Assembly (NCBI RefSeq): GCF_000143415.4
Contig: NW_003314423.1
Coordinates: forward strand, 1-9,977
DNA length: 9,977 nucleotides
Source of the DNA: Selaginella moellendorffii
Lineage: Eukaryota > Plantae > Lycopodiophyta
Direction: 5' to 3'
Shown here: positions 6,722 to 9,977 of the stretch, piece by piece
Numbering within the stretch: position 1 is the stretch's first letter
Layout of the letters: every line of letters begins with the position of its first letter
Notes under the pieces: model-generated
What the model was told of the DNA's origin: nothing
The model's input: the letters and a program-made list of their open reading frames with translations, nothing else
Database searches by the model: none
Program-made: the position numbers and the translations under genes

Positions 6722-9700
6722 TCACTTCCCCACTTTCCCCAAAAACTTCATGTTGAGGATCTTCACGTCCGTGCCTGTTCGTACAATGCCGTCGTCCGAA
6801 TCGATTCCTATCAGCTTACCGCTAACGCCTCTAAACTCGCCATACACGACCTTTATCCTATCATTCTTCTCCGGCTGCACAATCTCTATCTCCGAGTGGC
6901 TCACCGTCACCGTGTCGTCGCCGATCGAGAGGCGACAGTAGCCGTCCTGGTTACACACACATTGCGTTACGCTCACACCAGCAAAGAGCAAGAATCGAGA
7001 AGCTCGACTCACCGGCAAGACCTCCTCAATCACTCCAATCATCGTGTCGCCATTGCGTCTCAGGGTGACCATCAGCTCCGGCAAACCCCATTGCTTCTCC
7101 AGCTCGTGCATGTTAAAGCCTGTAACGATGGATCCATCACCAACAGCTGGGAAGATTAAACTTGTGAACACTTTACCGGTAGCTGGAGATGTAGGATCCA
7201 GAACTCCGCTGCCTGGTGTCATTGGTTGGCCGCCGGGAGTTCCAGGGACAGCAGGAGTCATAGGCAGAGCACCAGGAGTTCCAGGGAGATATGGGCTTGA
7301 TGGATTGCCTGCAAAAGGAACACTACAAGTTAGACTGGATTGTGATGAAAAATGAATATCAATACCATAGTGAGCGACGGCTTCAACTGGCGAGCCAGAA
7401 TCAGCATAACTCCCAGGAGTATTTGCCCACCCAGAGCCAGGCGTTGGTGCTTCGTATGATCTAGTCGCCAGTGGCGTCCCAGGCTGTTGCATATATTGTG
7501 GGGACGTAGTGTGGGCGCCCCAGCCGGTGTCGTCCCTGGAATTTTACAGGGAATTAGCATGTCTGTCCTTGACACGGCTAAGGATAGTTCACCTTAGAGG
7601 AGTTGTCGGATTCCAGGCCCTGTCACGCATTGGAGTTCTCATTCCATCATGAATGGGCGTCGCTGCAAAAAACAGACTTTGATTATATATTCTTTCCATT
7701 TTCGCTGCGGTACCTGATGAGTCCCTCATAGGTGTCATGTATGCAGAATGCATAGGCGTCCTGGAAGGATGCACTGGGGTCTGACTTCCCATGCCGTAGC
7801 GTGTAGGCTCCCTGAGAGAGAAAGAAAAAAAAAGAAACTCAGTTTCGTCGCATGGTTATTTGTTGAACCTGTACCTGAACGAAGATTGCACGTCTCCAAT
7901 GTCGGAGAGAATGTCACGGTCGACTGGCCGTTCAAGACGTTAAGTAAACAGAAGACTGGTATTTCAGACTGTCGTACCTGTGACGATCTTCATTTGCGAT
8001 TCCAGCTCTATGCGTACACTTCGACCACCACTAGCATCAACCACACGTCCCCGATAGCCTTTATAAGGTCCAGTTCTTATCTTCACACTTCGACCAACGT
8101 AGTTATCGTTTCGCCGACCAGGATTGCTCACGAAGCCTGATCATAACGACTATCGTTTAGAAAAACTTCCAAAATTCTATTACTTACCACTTGGAGGACC
8201 GTACGGACCCCTGACTGGACTTCTCCGTGGAGATTGAAGGAATTGAGAAGGAGGTTTCAAGGAAGAAAATGCAGCGGCTATATGATTCTGCATAGCTGAA
8301 GGTTAAACGCTACTCATGCAAACCAAAGCACACTACCTGTTTGTCACCTCTGGAGCCACCCAAAGCTAGGCAAGATGTTGCTCGAACACAAATAAAACCT
8401 CCATTTTCAAGATGTTGCCGGTCTTGTACAAAAAGAATGCCCCGATTTATATGCTCTACAACCCCTTGCTTACCCTGAAAAATAAACTCGATACCAAGAC
8501 ATTTCTACAACTTAACCAAAATACCTTGAAAGGTCCAGAAACAACTCGGACAATGTCTTTCACACTCACGACATTTGTATCCCGATCTTGCGTGTTTATC
8601 ATTTTGTTGTATAATCTTTTCCTGAGATCTCGTTGTTTGACTGTAATCACTTCTTGTTTGTCAGGTGTCCCCTTGAGTACCTGTAGATACACACATATTA
8701 GAAAAGTAACAGCTGATTTTTGAAAAGTTACCTGACATCCATCAGCCTCAATCCTTACAATCACACCAACCGTCATTGGACTGCAAATCAACACATTCTC
8801 ACACATGAGATAAATTAGAAGAAAGAGAAACATACTCCAGCGCAATGAGATCGTGAAGCTCGAATTCTCCCAGCTTGGTTAGGCCACAAGTAACCTCAGA
8901 TGTTTCAACAATGCTATCCCTAAACACGCGGACCTGAAAAAAGAGTAGCACATCAGAACCAGCAGCCAGGAATGCGGCGTTTCTTACGTCTTCTTTCGTG
9001 GTGTCAGAAAGAATAATAACAGAGTCTCTTTCAATCTTCACAATCATCCCCGTTGCTCCTTCATGCTTTCCTGATGTAACTTTCACATGGTTTCCCGGTT
9101 CGAAGTGTTTGCTAAGTTGCTTGATGTGAAATCTAAGCACATCCTGCAATCCAAATAATGTGTTGAAATAAATAAAAATGGTTTTCAAATGCTTACCTTC
9201 AATCCTGACTTTTTATCAGGACGAATCTCGACGTTATCTTCGTCCACTTTCTCGACAACACCCTGAATCCCTTTCAAATCTCCTTCTACGGCCACCACTG
9301 TGTCGCCCTTCACAAACTGACCACGCTTTCTCGAGGATGACAGCCCAAATGCGTCCACGCTGTCGTCATCACCAGGTTTTTGAAAGCTTTGAAGCTCGTC
9401 CAATGAAGGCATGACGTCCACGGCGTTTAAAGTTTTCAGTGATACGTTCTTTATAAGGTACCCATCCATAAACTGCATATTTGCCACTTGCTCGTAATGA
9501 TCACCACGAGCATCACGTCGTCTCTCGATATGCACCTTCATTTCTCTGGATGAAAGGGAAAAAAAAAAAAAAAAACTCAAAGATGTCCCAAGAGGGAAAA
9601 GTTTTACCTGAGTTCTTGCATAACAAAACGTTGAGGTGGCCTTACAGAAAAACCTTTTGATTTCGGAATTTCTTTTCCTTCCTGAAGGTAATTCCGAGTT

Positions 9701-9977
9701 AGAGTATCCAAGACAAACAAACAGTGCACTTACAAGTTTGGCCACTAATTCTTGAATCTCTACCCGAGGAACAAGCTTTATCCTTGCTCGCTGTCGAACG
9801 TGATCAACGTCAAGTACCTGTTTGACAAAAAATTACAACAAAAAACTATTCAGCAGCCTCGTAATACGCTTACCCGCGCGAGATCTCCCTTGTAGAGGCC
9901 TGTTTTGACTCGCACCCAGTTTTCCTTGTCAATGTCAAAGGACTTCTTCTCTACAGTCAGTACGTCTGTCATTTCTT
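6722..9977 (-). CDS. SPT5: Transcription elongation factor SPT5 (canonical DSIF subunit); 5'-partial, 18 exons in window, ~771 aa visible
   Basis: Exons >9977-9874, 9817-9734, 9681-9608, 9545-9197, 9143-8988, 8933-8836, 8780-8732, 8680-8525, 8474-8337, 8287-8188, 8136-7978, 7923-7875, 7811-7714, 7662-7593, 7535-7366, 7308-7177, 7119-7013, 6946-6722, all GT..AG and frame-consistent. Hallmarks: EMTDVL...WVRVKTGLYKGDLAR (end of NGN, KOW1); FVKGDTVVAVEGDL; KHFEPGNHVKVTSGKHEGATGMIV; DIVRVVSGPFKGKQGVVEHI; VGRSVKIRTGPYKGYRGRV (KOW5); TP/SP-repeat CTR (GSQTPVHPSRTPMH...ATPIHDGMRTPMRDRAW...PGTPGGQPMTPG); C-terminal KOW (PEKNDRIKVVYGEFRGVSGKLIGIDSDDGIV). Confidence 0.97.

Noticed and set aside
7147-7148. 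Alternative SPT5 acceptor TTCCCAG
   Set aside because: It would give a 30-bp intron, below the local minimum. The acceptor at 7120 (57 bp) is preferred; both keep the frame.
6722-7811. SPT5L/KTF1 (RdDM factor) identity
   Set aside because: No long WG/GW AGO-hook domain. The TP-repeat CTR followed by a terminal KOW is canonical SPT5.
1-9977. CRISPR array, tRNA/rRNA, transposase or prokaryotic defence system
   Set aside because: No repeat-spacer array, cloverleaf or transposase/RT motifs seen. The window is largely explained by three spliced plant genes and their flanks.

Overview
Gene-dense, intron-rich land-plant nuclear DNA, not prokaryotic. It holds three tandem protein-coding genes, all on the minus strand, whose exons I assembled by hand. 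(1) The 5' part of a GT-2-clade trihelix transcription factor with two trihelix domains (ATG at 1897, runs off the left edge). (2) A complete 9-exon, ~461-aa coiled-coil gene (6573->4739) with TSNAXIP1-like motifs and a poly-Lys tail, a candidate flagellar/sperm gene. (3) The 3' ~770 codons of canonical SPT5 (18 exons in the window, stop at 6722). Introns of 46-71 bp and tight packing point to a very compact seed-free plant genome; Selaginella is my inference. I see no RNA genes, mobile elements or CRISPR arrays, and no clearly new multi-gene system. The best leads are the uncharacterised TSNAXIP1-like gene, a run of eight consecutive 3n-length SPT5 introns, the 148-bp gap shared by the SPT5 3' end and the next promoter, and a duplicated P1BS-containing 16-mer plus uORFs upstream of the trihelix gene.
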